The notes: a model not told the origin generated them from the sequence alone. A DNA stretch of 64,000 bases from Dehalococcoidia bacterium (GCA_965219845.1 CBDCOP010000006.1:496005-560004); one strand, 5' to 3'; shown: positions 45,597 through 54,746, counted from the first letter of the stretch. Numbers and translations: made by a program.

Positions 45597-46676
45597 CTAC
45601 TGCCAGCGCCCGAACCCCCAGCCGCCGCCGGTGCCCGCGGGCGTCCGGTAGACCGGCACGTACTCGATGGTCTCGAAGTTCAGGTCCGTGTCCGCCATCG
45701 CGCCGCCGACCGCTATCCAGTTCTGCGTCTCGGACGCCGCCGAGTACAGGCGGTTGCGGGGAATCGTCATCAGCGTTTCGGAGTCCTTCTCTTCCAGCGC
45801 CTTCAACACCGTGCGGTCCAACCATTCGTCGACTACGAAGTGACTCAGCCCGCCGGAGGCGATGATCGCCACGCGCGCGTCGCTCTCCCACGAGCGGACC
45901 GCATTCGCCACAGCACGCCCGAACTCGAACGAGCGCTTCGGCGTCGGCTGGTTGGGCGGGTAGCACGTGTTCTGGAAGATGGGGAGGATCGTGTTCGGCT
46001 CGTTGTCGAACAGGCGCTTCACCACGAACGCGAACCCGTGCGGCAGGCCCTGCTCGCGCGGCTCCGTGGTGCGCACCGAGTCCAACTCTTCGCCATGTTC
46101 CTTCGGGTAGCGGCGCGCAACCCTGCCGCCGTAGGTGTCCTGCAGATACGTGAAGTGCGACACGTCGAAATCGTTGGCGATCATGTGCTCGATCACGTGC
46201 CGCCCCAGGTCGGACGCTACCGGAACGTCTACCGCCACGTCCCCGTAGCCGTCCGCTATCGACTGGATGATGTCCGGGTCGCGGAAACCCGCGAGTTTGC
46301 GCGGAATGATGGGCGCCGACTCCCCCCAGAACACGGAGAACGTCGGCATGTTGTCCTCGAAGAACCACTCGTCCTGGTCGTCCGAGATGATGACCGTGAT
46401 GTCCGGCTTCACCTCGGCGAACGTCTTCGCCAACTCGGCGATGCCGTTCTGGCAGGCGTCGACCTGCGCCTGGAACACCTCGTCCGTCAGCGGTTTCTCT
46501 TTCACCGCCGTCGGGATGCGCGCGAGTCCCTCGTCGTACGGCATCGCCCAGCCTTCGGGCGGGAAGACGAGTTCCTGGTGCCGCAGGTCACCCTGCGCGT
46601 ATCGCGGCCACTGCTCCGCATTCAGTGCGAGCATCGGGCTGTGCGACGTCCCAACTCCCAACACTATCTTGGCCAT
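45597..46676 (-). CDS. Class III (LigB-type) extradiol ring-cleavage dioxygenase
   Basis: MAKIVLGVGTSHSPML N-terminus and conserved His/Asn pattern of LigB-family enzymes; 359 aa. Confidence 0.85.
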   Translation of the reverse strand: MAKIVLGVGTSHSPMLALNAEQWPRYAQGDLRHQELVFPPEGWAMPYDEGLARIPTAVKEKPLTDEVFQAQVDACQNGIAELAKTFAEVKPDITVIISDDQDEWFFEDNMPTFSVFWGESAPIIPRKLAGFRDPDIIQSIADGYGDVAVDVPVASDLGRHVIEHMIANDFDVSHFTYLQDTYGGRVARRYPKEHGEELDSVRTTEPREQGLPHGFAFVVKRLFDNEPNTILPIFQNTCYPPNQPTPKRSFEFGRAVANAVRSWESDARVAIIASGGLSHFVVDEWLDRTVLKALEEKDSETLMTIPRNRLYSAASETQNWIAVGGAMADTDLNFETIEYVPVYRTPAGTGGGWGFGRWQ

Positions 46677-46828
46677 CGTCTGACCTCCGTTGCGCAGATC
46701 TCACGGGCGCGGACGCCCGCCGGAAACGTTACTCGGTCTCAGTCGCGCCTAGTCTACCACGCCCCGTTGCAACAGAGCGCACGCTCTGCCACCTCCGGTC
46801 CTGCCGGGTCTCAGCAGACCCTCCGCAC

Positions 46829-46857
46829 TTGACACTCCACCCCTGCCCATGTAGAAA
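46829..46857 (+). promoter_or_regulatory. Sigma-70-like promoter candidate (TTGACA-17 nt-TAGAAA) in the divergent LigB/LigJ intergenic region
   Basis: Hexamers read directly from the sequence. Palindromes GTTGCAAC (46766-46773) and CAGAGCG-ca-CGCTCTG (46773-46788) lie upstream. Confidence 0.35.
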
Positions 46858-46955
46858 CGCACGAGAAGCGCCGGGCGCAAACGGTACGGCGCTGTGCGTT
46901 CACGCTCGCGCCCCAACCCCAAGCCGGGCTGCGAGTCCACAACATAGGAGGAGAG

Positions 46956-48035
46956 ATGCTCGACGGCCAGAGAATCATAGACATGCACGCCCATACCGTG
47001 GCGCCGCCTGAACTCTACGCGGCCAAGGCCGGGCTCCTCTCGGGCCGCGGTTACCACGGCAAGAGCGGGGTCTCGGAAGAGCGCATAGAACAGTTCGCGC
47101 AGAACAACCTCAAGATCATGGACAAGGTCCAGACCGACGTCCAGTTCCTTTCCCCCCGCCCCTTCCAGCTGATGCACTCCGAGAAGCCGGAGGTCCTCGT
47201 CCACTGGTGGTGCGAGATGAACAACGACGTCATCGTATCGCAGGTGAGGGCCCACCCAGACCGCTTCCAGGGCATCGCCGGCCTGCCGCACGTCTCCGGT
47301 GCGAAGGACTCCTCGCACGTCGTTCCCGAACTCGAGCGCGCAGTCAACGAGCTCGGCTTCATCGGCTGCCTCATCAACCCCGACCCTGAAGAGGGCGAGG
47401 GCGACCTCGCCGACCCGAACCACACCCCGCCGATGGACCACGAGTACTGGTACCCGCTGTACGAGGCGATGGAGAGGCTGGACGTACCCGGCCTCATCCA
47501 CTCCGCCGCGTGCAAGAACCCGCACGAGTCCTACAGCGCGCACTTCATCACCACCGAGTCCGAGACCGTCCTGAACCTCGCCCGCCCGTCGAGCAAGGTC
47601 TTCAGCACGTTCCCGAACCTCAAGATCATCGTCGCCCACGGCGGTGGCTCCGTCCCCTACCAGATCGGCCGCTGGCGCGTCCGCCGCTACAACGACATGA
47701 GGAGCAACCCGGACCTGGAGGACTTCGACACGAGCCTCCGCCGCATGTACTACGACAGTAACCTCTACACGAGGGAGTCGCTGGACTACTGCCTGCAGGT
47801 CTGCGGCCCGGACCGTGTCATGTTCGGCACGGAGAACCCCGGCAGCGGCTCCTCCGTCCATCCGGACTTCAAGTGGGAGAAGGGCAAGAGGCTCCCCGCC
47901 GGCGACCTCGAAGGCTGGGAGACCGACGACCTCGCCCCCGTCATCCTCAACCAGATCGACTGGCTGACGGACGAGGACAAGCAGAACGTCATGGAGGGCA
48001 ATGCCCGCCGCGTATTCACCCGGGGCAACTTCTAA
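46956..48035 (+). CDS. Amidohydrolase-2 family enzyme, LigJ-like (4-oxalomesaconate hydratase type)
   Basis: IIDMHAHT..., SPRPFQLM, VHWWCE, INPDP, YWYPLYE, HGGGSVPYQIGR, and NARRVF at the C-terminus resemble LigJ (recalled from memory, not searched). Confidence 0.75.
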   Translation: MLDGQRIIDMHAHTVAPPELYAAKAGLLSGRGYHGKSGVSEERIEQFAQNNLKIMDKVQTDVQFLSPRPFQLMHSEKPEVLVHWWCEMNNDVIVSQVRAHPDRFQGIAGLPHVSGAKDSSHVVPELERAVNELGFIGCLINPDPEEGEGDLADPNHTPPMDHEYWYPLYEAMERLDVPGLIHSAACKNPHESYSAHFITTESETVLNLARPSSKVFSTFPNLKIIVAHGGGSVPYQIGRWRVRRYNDMRSNPDLEDFDTSLRRMYYDSNLYTRESLDYCLQVCGPDRVMFGTENPGSGSSVHPDFKWEKGKRLPAGDLEGWETDDLAPVILNQIDWLTDEDKQNVMEGNARRVFTRGNF

Positions 48036-48157
48036 CCCCCTGGTTGCCCTTCACCGCCACCGGGCGTCCGTTTGAACGGCGGGCGCTCGGTGGTATATTT
48101 GATCCGGCCTGCGCTTGCGCGCTGAGAGCGTAAACACCTGGGGAGGGAAACCAACCG

Positions 48158-48367
48158 ATGGCGGACAGAGAACTCATCACGGTTATCGAAGGTCCCAAGG
48201 GACGCGCGGAGGTCTACGAGGTCTCCGAGGGCGGCTCCACGACGTCGGCCACGTCTGGCGTCATGTCCTCCAGCTACGAGGTCGTCATGGGCAGCACCTC
48301 CGAGACGGTCATGACCCTCGGCGAGGCGTCCATCGTCGCCCACGAGCTGTCCGGCGCCCAGCAGTAG
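48158..48367 (+). CDS. Small hypothetical protein
   Basis: 69-aa ORF with GGGGAGGGA upstream. S/T-rich. No family recognised. Confidence 0.35.
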   Translation: MADRELITVIEGPKGRAEVYEVSEGGSTTSATSGVMSSSYEVVMGSTSETVMTLGEASIVAHELSGAQQ

Positions 48368-48556
48368 ACGGCGCGTCACCCTAACAGGACCGCGAACGGA
48401 CAGGGCGCAGCGCCGCCCCCTGTCTCCCATGTTGCGCACCGTCCCTCTCGCCATTCCCGTGAGCACGGGAGCCTGCAACCCTTCCTGCACGTCCTGTCCA
48501 TCCATGGTTGACTTCCTCCGAGCGGTCGGGATGCTACCCTTAACCCTGACCGCGCC

Positions 48557-49180
48557 ATGACATCCCCAGACACAACGCCCCAGGCCGACGCACCCCCGAG
48601 CCGCACGTCCGCCAGCGGACGGAGGCGTCTGCTCTTCTTCCTCCTGACCATAACGCCCGTGCTCGCGATCATCGCCCTGCTCTTCTGGGGCCAGCTGCGC
48701 ACCGGCGGCAACCCCGGCGGCGTGCTGGAGCACGAGGAGTCGAGCGAATCGCAGGTCGCCGTCCGCGACGCGCCCGATTTCGCAGGGTTCGACCTCGTCT
48801 CCGGCCTGCCCGTGAATGCCGAGGGCCTGCGCGGAAACGTCGTGATGGTCGACTTCTGGTCGTCGTGGTGCGCCGCCTGCCGCGTCGAGGCTGCCGCGCT
48901 CGCGCAGGTCTACGGTGAGTACGAGGGCGCTCCCGTCGAGTTCGTCGGTATCGCCGTCTGGGACCGGCCCATCGACGCCGTGGAGCACATCGAACGCTAC
49001 GACGTCGCCTACCTCAACATCCTCGATGAGCGCGGCGCGACCGCCGTCTCCTACGGCGTGCGCGGCGTCCCCGAGAAGTTCTTCATCGATGCCGAGGGCC
49101 GCATCGTGCGCAAGCTCATCGGACCCGTCTCTGCCGAGGAGATGCGCAGCATCCTCGACGGCCTGCTCACAGCCTCGTAG
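48557..49180 (+). CDS. Membrane-anchored thiol:disulfide oxidoreductase (TlpA/ResA/DsbE family)
   Basis: N-terminal TM helix. VVMVDFWSSWCAACRVE CxxC motif. Confidence 0.88.
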   Translation: MTSPDTTPQADAPPSRTSASGRRRLLFFLLTITPVLAIIALLFWGQLRTGGNPGGVLEHEESSESQVAVRDAPDFAGFDLVSGLPVNAEGLRGNVVMVDFWSSWCAACRVEAAALAQVYGEYEGAPVEFVGIAVWDRPIDAVEHIERYDVAYLNILDERGATAVSYGVRGVPEKFFIDAEGRIVRKLIGPVSAEEMRSILDGLLTAS

Positions 49181-49184
49181 CGTG

Positions 49185-50105
49185 ATGATCGACGCCCGCG
49201 CCTTCCACGACGCCGTTGCCTCCTGGTACGCGCGCAACGCCCGCATCCTCCCCTGGCGCGGCATCTCCGACCCGTACGCCATCCTCGTCTCGGAGGTCAT
49301 GCTCCAGCAGACCCAGGTGGAGCGCGTCATCCCCAAGTACCGCGCCTTCCTCGACGCCTTCCCCACACTCCGCGCGCTCGCCGACGCCCAGCCCGCCGAT
49401 GTCGTCCGCCTCTGGGCCGGGATGGGGTACAACGGCCGTGCCGTCCGCCTGCACAGGCTCGCGCGGGAGGTCGTGGAGCGCCACGGCGGCGAACTGCCGC
49501 GCACCGCCGATGGACTGCGAAAGCTTCCCGGCATCGGCCCGTATACCGCCGCGGCCGTAGCCTCTTTTGCGTTCGGCCAGCATATCGCCATACTGGACAC
49601 GAACATCTATCGCGTGCTGAGCCGCGCCGTTCACGGCGTGGATGCACCGTCGCGCGACGCCATACACCCGCTCGCCGAGGCGCTGCTGCCGCAGCCGGAC
49701 AGCCCTATCACGCCCAGCGACTGGCACCAGGCCCTCATGGACATCGGCGCGACGCTCTGCACAGCGCGCCAGCCGCGCTGCATGCTCTGTCCGCTACGAC
49801 CGCATTGCGCCGCCGCGCCGCACCTGCAGTCCGGCAGTGACCCTGTGCTCGCCGGGGCGTCGGTCCCCCACGCGCCGCGTCAGCCGAGGTTCCAGGGTTC
49901 GGCACGCTACTTCCGGGGACGCATCGTCGACCACCTCCGCGAGCAGCCCGACGCCGGCATCGAGGAGGGTGCACTCGAGACAGTCCTCCGCGACGCCGAA
50001 ACCGCCTCAGGTGCCCCTTGCCCCGTCCCCCTCTCCGCCCTCCTGGTTGCCCTCGAACGCGACGGCCTCATCCACCGCGATGCCGGACGCGTGCGCCTGC
50101 CGTGA
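49185..50105 (+). CDS. mutY: A/G-specific adenine glycosylase (MutY-type HhH-GPD, 4Fe-4S)
   Basis: WYARNARILPWR, LVSEVMLQQTQV, and Cys cluster CTARQPRCMLCPLRPHC. No obvious NUDIX-like C-terminal domain. Confidence 0.85.
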   Translation: MIDARAFHDAVASWYARNARILPWRGISDPYAILVSEVMLQQTQVERVIPKYRAFLDAFPTLRALADAQPADVVRLWAGMGYNGRAVRLHRLAREVVERHGGELPRTADGLRKLPGIGPYTAAAVASFAFGQHIAILDTNIYRVLSRAVHGVDAPSRDAIHPLAEALLPQPDSPITPSDWHQALMDIGATLCTARQPRCMLCPLRPHCAAAPHLQSGSDPVLAGASVPHAPRQPRFQGSARYFRGRIVDHLREQPDAGIEEGALETVLRDAETASGAPCPVPLSALLVALERDGLIHRDAGRVRLP

Positions 50106-50185
50106 GACTTCCAGGACGAACGCAACGGACGCAAACTCCCGGGGAGGAGGGGCTCACAACCGGGGCATCGAAGGAGACGCCGCCT

Positions 50186-50755
50186 TCAGCGGTAGTCGAC
50201 TGTGTCCAAACAGGAGTCGTACATCGCTCTATCTATTACAACCCACTGCGTGCCGTCTATGCCTCTGCGTGGTTTCCGTGCGGTAAGCGCGTCAGGGTAT
50301 GCTGATTCGAAATTGACCCACCGACCCTGGTCCCTGGCGAAGTCTTTCGCCATTCTCACTGCCGGAGCCAAGTCTGAATCCTGGCTGACAATGATTGCCG
50401 TATCCAGCATATTGCGGTAGGTGTGCCACAAGAGATCGGTTGCGATGCTGACATCCACACCCTTTTCTTGATTGCCGTCACCTATCCGCCCTTCGTACAC
50501 TCGGATACCCTGTCGTTCCATCGTGTATATCTTCTTCCGCCAGAAGCGAGCCCATAGTCCACTCTGCTCAGGAGTGGGCACCCCAGTGTAGAAACGCACT
50601 TCCTCCAAGTTGCGCCCTCCGATGCGGTTCGTCAGCGTCTGGGCGATCTTCAAGACGTCGTAGCAGGGAAAATGGTAAGGGTAGCCATACTTCCCCCAAG
50701 CATTCTTGGCAAGCCGGTAGAGGTTCTGGCCGTCTACAAAGACAACTGTCCTCAT
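50186..50755 (-). CDS. NYN-domain (LabA/PIN-like) protein
   Basis: MRTVVFVDGQNLY...EKGVDVSIATDL...IVSQDSDLAPAV signature. Lower G+C than its flanks (31/60 in 50401-50460). Confidence 0.8.
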   Translation of the reverse strand: MRTVVFVDGQNLYRLAKNAWGKYGYPYHFPCYDVLKIAQTLTNRIGGRNLEEVRFYTGVPTPEQSGLWARFWRKKIYTMERQGIRVYEGRIGDGNQEKGVDVSIATDLLWHTYRNMLDTAIIVSQDSDLAPAVRMAKDFARDQGRWVNFESAYPDALTARKPRRGIDGTQWVVIDRAMYDSCLDTVDYR

Positions 50756-50878
50756 TTCATCCGTCTCTGGGCGATGACACACGCCCCTCAAAGGAAAACC
50801 CCGGCTGGTGGCGCAGCTTCCGCTGGTCCTGGCAGCCGGGGGGTAAGCCGCAGGGTTGAAGCACCCTGCGCACTCTCA

Positions 50879-50907
50879 ATGTAACTGCGCCCATCGTAGC
50901 TTGTCAA
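50879..50907 (-). promoter_or_regulatory. Sigma-70-like promoter candidate (TTGACA-17 nt-TTACAT) upstream of the NYN gene
   Basis: Read on the minus strand. A 9-bp-stem hairpin (CCCCGGCTG...CAGCCGGGG, 50799-50841) lies in the would-be leader. Confidence 0.3.
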
Positions 50908-50986
50908 TACGTCCGGTTGCGTCACCGGAGGACTCTTGCGCTCCTTCAGCCCGTAGGCGATAGGAGGAAGACGAGCAAACCTACGC

Positions 50987-51619
50987 CTACCCCATCCTGT
51001 GCATCCTGTTCATCGATGTGAGCAACCCTCGCAACGGCTCACGCAGCGACTCCCACGGATCGCCCAGCCGCGCGGCGTCCTCCGCCGTCAGCGCCCAGCG
51101 GCGCACGCCGTCGCGCGTCACCCACAGCCCGCCCACCCAGAAACCGTTGGCTCCACCCTCCGGCGGGACGAAGTCGTGCGCGATGTAGCCCTCCAGCCCG
51201 TTCGCCTCCCACGCCCCCACCAGTTCCCCCGACCGCGCGACCGCAACCGCCTCCGTCCACCAGCACGCCCGGCGCTCGCCCTCGAGGTCCCGCATCCGCC
51301 GCAGCAACCGCCGCGCCCGCTCCTCGTCCGGCACGTCCGCGCCCGTCCCGCGACGCGTGATGAGGCTCGACCAGCCGTCGCCCAGCGCAGGGATGCTCAG
51401 CCCGCCATCGGACGCCACCACGAGCGTGCCCAGCGCCCGCGACCACGCAACCGCCTTGCCGATAGCTATCGCCAGGTGCGAGCCGCCTTCCTCGCCGGGG
51501 TCCGGCGCCTCCGGGAACGACGCACCGTCGGAGAGCTCGAGGTCGAGGCCCGCCAGCAGTTCGCGCATCTGCGCCGTCTTCGCCGGGTTCCGCGTCGCCA
51601 GCACCACCGCCACTCCCAT
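50987..51619 (-). CDS. Ham1/RdgB-like non-canonical purine NTP pyrophosphatase (divergent)
   Basis: VVLATRNPAKTAQMRELL N-terminus and ASDGGLSIPALGDGW motif. Position next to mutL. Confidence 0.65.
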   Translation of the reverse strand: MGVAVVLATRNPAKTAQMRELLAGLDLELSDGASFPEAPDPGEEGGSHLAIAIGKAVAWSRALGTLVVASDGGLSIPALGDGWSSLITRRGTGADVPDEERARRLLRRMRDLEGERRACWWTEAVAVARSGELVGAWEANGLEGYIAHDFVPPEGGANGFWVGGLWVTRDGVRRWALTAEDAARLGDPWESLREPLRGLLTSMNRMHRMG

Positions 51620-51620
51620 C

Positions 51621-53351
51621 TCACAACCTCCCGAACTGCCTCCCGAGCACGTCCGTCGATACGCGGATCACGGTCGGCCTCCCATGCGGGCAGTGCTGCG
51701 GGTTCATCTCCGACGCCAGCGCTTCGCCGAGCGCCGTCATCTCCTGGAGGTCGAGCGTCTGCCCTGCCCGCACGGCGCTGTGGCACGCGATGGACGCCGC
51801 CGCCGCGAGGTGCGTATCCGCGCCGTTGTTCCGCGCCGCGAAGCCATCCAGCGCCTCGGCAACCAGTTTCGCCGCGTCCACGCGCCGCGCCATCACGGGC
51901 ACCGCGCGCACCAGCAGCGTGTCGTCTCCGAACGGCTCCACCAGCAAGCCGTACCGCTCCAGCACTGCGCGCCCTTCGCCGAGCGCATCCATCTGCTGGG
52001 GCGTAAGGCCCACAGCGAGTGGCTCCAGCATCGGCTGGACCTCCGGCGCGCTGTTCGCCCACTGCCGCAGCAGCCGGTAGTACAACACCGATTCGTGGGC
52101 AGCGTGCTGGTCGATCAGGTACATGCCGTCCGGCCCCTCCGCGACGATGTACGTGTTCGCGATCTGCCCCAGCACCCGCAACCGCGACAGCGGCGACGCT
52201 CCCGGCGGAGGCGCGAGCGGCTCGTACGCATCCGCCGCAACAGGCGCGGGCTCCGGCAGCGGCGTCTGCTCCCGCTCCTGAGGCGCGAACGTCATCTCGA
52301 ACGACGGCGCAACAGGCGGAGCAGCGGTCGCGGCCTGTGACAGCAACCCCTCGCCCTCCGCGATGGGCGACGCCGCGAGCAGCGCCTCGCGCACCGCGTG
52401 CTGCACGCTGGAGAACGCGTCGCCCTCGTGGGACAGCCGTACTTCGCGCTTGTTCGGGTGCACGTTCACGTCCACCTCGCCCGGGGGCACGTCCAAGAAC
52501 ACGACCGCTATGGGGAAGCGGCCCTCCATCAGCAGGCCCCGGTACGCCTCCTCCACCGCGACGCCCACCGCGCGGTGCTGCACCCAGCGGCCGTTCACGA
52601 ACAGGCTGACCCCCGTGCGGTTCGCCCTGCTCTGCTCCGGCGTCCCCACCAGGCCCCACACCGGATACGGTCCGGTCCACGAACCGACCTCGATCATCGC
52701 CTGCGCGAGCTCCGCGCCGTGCACGCCCGCGACCGCGTCCCGCAGGCTGCCGTTGCCGGACGTGGCCAGTTGCAGTCTGCCGTCGGTCTTGAGCGTGAAC
52801 TGTACGTGCGGGTGCGCCATCGCCAGGTGGTCCACCGTCTGACGCACGCGCGCCGTCTCCGCCGCGGGCGAGCGGATGAACTTCAGCCGCGCCGGTATCG
52901 TCGAGAAAAGCGCTTCGACCTCGATCGTCGTCCCCACGCCCGAGCCCGCCGCCGACTGGCGCACGACTTCGCCGCCTTCCAGTTCGACCGTCGCCGCCGC
53001 CGCATCTGCTGTGCGCGTCGTCATCCGCACACTCGCCGCCGCCGCGATGCTCGCCAGCGCTTCGCCGCGGAACCCCAGCGTACCGATGCCCGCGAGGTCT
53101 TCCACCGACGCGAGTTTGCTCGTTGCGTGACGCTCGAACGCCAGCCGGACCTCGTCCGCCGGTATGCCGCAGCCGTCGTCGGTTACCCGTATCGACGCCA
53201 GCCCGCCGTGCCGTATCTCGATGCCAACGACGCGTGCACCGGCGTCCAGCGAGTTCTCGACCAACTCCTTCACCACCGACGCCGGGCGCTCGATGACCTC
53301 CCCCGCCGCGATCCGCGCCGCAACCCCCGCAGGCAACACTCGTATCGCCAC
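51621..53351 (-). CDS. mutL: DNA mismatch repair protein MutL
   Basis: IRVLPAGVAARIAAGEVIERPASVVKELVENSLDAG GHKL ATPase N-terminus and C-terminal dimerisation domain. GTG 53351 chosen because the longer ORF N-terminus runs through a repeat element. Confidence 0.92.
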   Translation of the reverse strand: MAIRVLPAGVAARIAAGEVIERPASVVKELVENSLDAGARVVGIEIRHGGLASIRVTDDGCGIPADEVRLAFERHATSKLASVEDLAGIGTLGFRGEALASIAAAASVRMTTRTADAAAATVELEGGEVVRQSAAGSGVGTTIEVEALFSTIPARLKFIRSPAAETARVRQTVDHLAMAHPHVQFTLKTDGRLQLATSGNGSLRDAVAGVHGAELAQAMIEVGSWTGPYPVWGLVGTPEQSRANRTGVSLFVNGRWVQHRAVGVAVEEAYRGLLMEGRFPIAVVFLDVPPGEVDVNVHPNKREVRLSHEGDAFSSVQHAVREALLAASPIAEGEGLLSQAATAAPPVAPSFEMTFAPQEREQTPLPEPAPVAADAYEPLAPPPGASPLSRLRVLGQIANTYIVAEGPDGMYLIDQHAAHESVLYYRLLRQWANSAPEVQPMLEPLAVGLTPQQMDALGEGRAVLERYGLLVEPFGDDTLLVRAVPVMARRVDAAKLVAEALDGFAARNNGADTHLAAAASIACHSAVRAGQTLDLQEMTALGEALASEMNPQHCPHGRPTVIRVSTDVLGRQFGRL

Positions 53352-53373
53352 CGCTACGCCCCCGAGCCTTCTG

Positions 53374-53434
53374 GTCCCCTCTCCCCACAAGGGAAGGAGG
53401 GTGCCGCCCCTGCGGGCCGGATGGTGAGGGTACT
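53374..53434. repeat. Degenerate copy of the 'PLPxGEG' hairpin repeat
   Basis: CCCCTCTCCCCacaagGGAAGGAGGG...GGTGAGGGT. Confidence 0.6.
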
Positions 53435-53487
53435 CCAGCGGGGCAGAGCGGGGTGTCCCGTTCCTGGTGAGCCTGTCGAAGCAGCCA

Positions 53488-53838
53488 TCAGAACCCCAGC
53501 GCCGCGCCCAACTGCTTCGCGTTCGCGCCTGCCATAAGCTTGCCATCCACGACCGCGACGGGGCGCTTCCAGTAACGGGGCTCCTCCGCCAGCAGCGCCA
53601 GCATCCGCTCCTCGGTGAGCGACTCCGGGTCGATGCCGCTCTTCCGGAAGGTCGCCGACCTCAGGTTGAACAGTACGCTCGGGGGCTCGCCGCCCAACAG
53701 CGCCTCGATCTCTTCCTTCGAGAGACGCTGCTTGAAGAAGTCACGCTCCGTGAACGCCACCCCTGCTTGCGAGAGCGCCGCCCTCGCCGTCTTGCACGTC
53801 CCTCACCCCACCCAGTGGTACAGCGCGACGTCGGCCAT
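53488..53838 (-). CDS. ArsC/Spx/YffB-family reductase-like protein with in-frame UGA at the catalytic Cys (motif U-G-T-C); probable selenoprotein
   Basis: GGGAGG RBS plus ATG 53838. MADVALYHWVG-U-GTCKTARAAL aligns with the LYGIKNCDTCKKARRWL pattern of YffB/ArsC. TGA at 53805-53803, same frame as ORF 53488-53760. Confidence 0.7.
53769..53787 (-). promoter_or_regulatory. SECIS-like hairpin GCGAGGGC-GGC-GCUCUCGC, 15 nt 3' of the UGA
   Basis: 8-bp stem (one G-U pair) with a GGC apex, read directly. Same spacing and apex as the hairpin at 8504-8520. Confidence 0.5.
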
Positions 53839-54212
53839 GACATACCTCCCGGTCCATTGGCTCATGGTACGCACCTGCCTTCCGCGGGCGCTACTGCCGA
53901 CGCCGTCATTCCTCCGGAGGCAGGAATCTCGCAGCCCTGAAACGGGGAGCAGCGAAACTTCCGGGGGAAAAGCGGTCCAAAACAGATCATCACCCTGGGT
54001 TCACCTCTGGACCCGGCTCTGCACGTGGACCGTCGGGCAGCCCAAAACAGTCCATCAGCGGTCCTTTTCCGGTCTTTCGCAGTCCATTACGGCTCATATC
54101 GGCCCAGCCCGCCTGCGAGGTCAACATCCATTCCTGTCCGGTGCGGCAACGGGAGTGCTTCGCCGTCACAGATACAGCGTAGCCGCTCACCGGTCATTGG
54201 CGTAAGGGGCCG

Positions 54213-54737
54213 GTGTCACATGCGTTGCCCCGACGACGCGCGCTCGCCTACCATGCCTCCGACATGACTGACGCTGCTCTGCTCGCCGCCCGCTGGGCGC
54301 ACTCGATCGCCGCTGTGGCCTGGGTGGGAGGCGGCCTCTTCTACCTGCTCGTTCTGCAGCCCGCCGTCAGGAGCGGCGCGCTCCCGTCCGACAGCGTCCG
54401 GACCGCGGCGGAGCGCTTCGGCGGGCTCGTGAAGCTTGCGATGTGGACGCTCGTCGTCACCGGCGCGGTCCTCTTCTTCACGCGCATCTCGGAACCCACC
54501 GCCACCGCGCGCTACGCCGCCGTGCTGGCCCTCAAGGTCGCGCTCTCCGCATGGATGTTCTTCATCGCCATACGCCGCCGCAGGCGCATCGCGGATGCCG
54601 TTGCCGTCCGGCCCGGACGCATCCTGGCCGTCGCCGCCGCGCTGGGCCACGTCAACATGGTCGTCATCCTGGGCGTCGTCGTCTTCCTGCTGTCGGACGT
54701 GCTGCGCTACATCGTCGAGCAGGAACTGGACGGGTGA
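54213..54737 (+). CDS. Integral membrane protein (4 TM, CopD-like topology), hypothetical
   Basis: Four hydrophobic helices. Start uncertain (ATG 54264 also possible). Confidence 0.6.
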   Translation: MSHALPRRRALAYHASDMTDAALLAARWAHSIAAVAWVGGGLFYLLVLQPAVRSGALPSDSVRTAAERFGGLVKLAMWTLVVTGAVLFFTRISEPTATARYAAVLALKVALSAWMFFIAIRRRRRIADAVAVRPGRILAVAAALGHVNMVVILGVVVFLLSDVLRYIVEQELDG

Positions 54738-54746
54738 GGCCCGTGA

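Noticed and set aside
53352-53546. A longer MutL N-terminus starting at ATG 53546.
   Set aside because: The extra 65 codons run through the hairpin repeat (giving ...PLWGEGTRRL...) and overlap the ArsC-like gene. GTG 53351 gives the canonical MutL start (IRVLP...IAAGEV).
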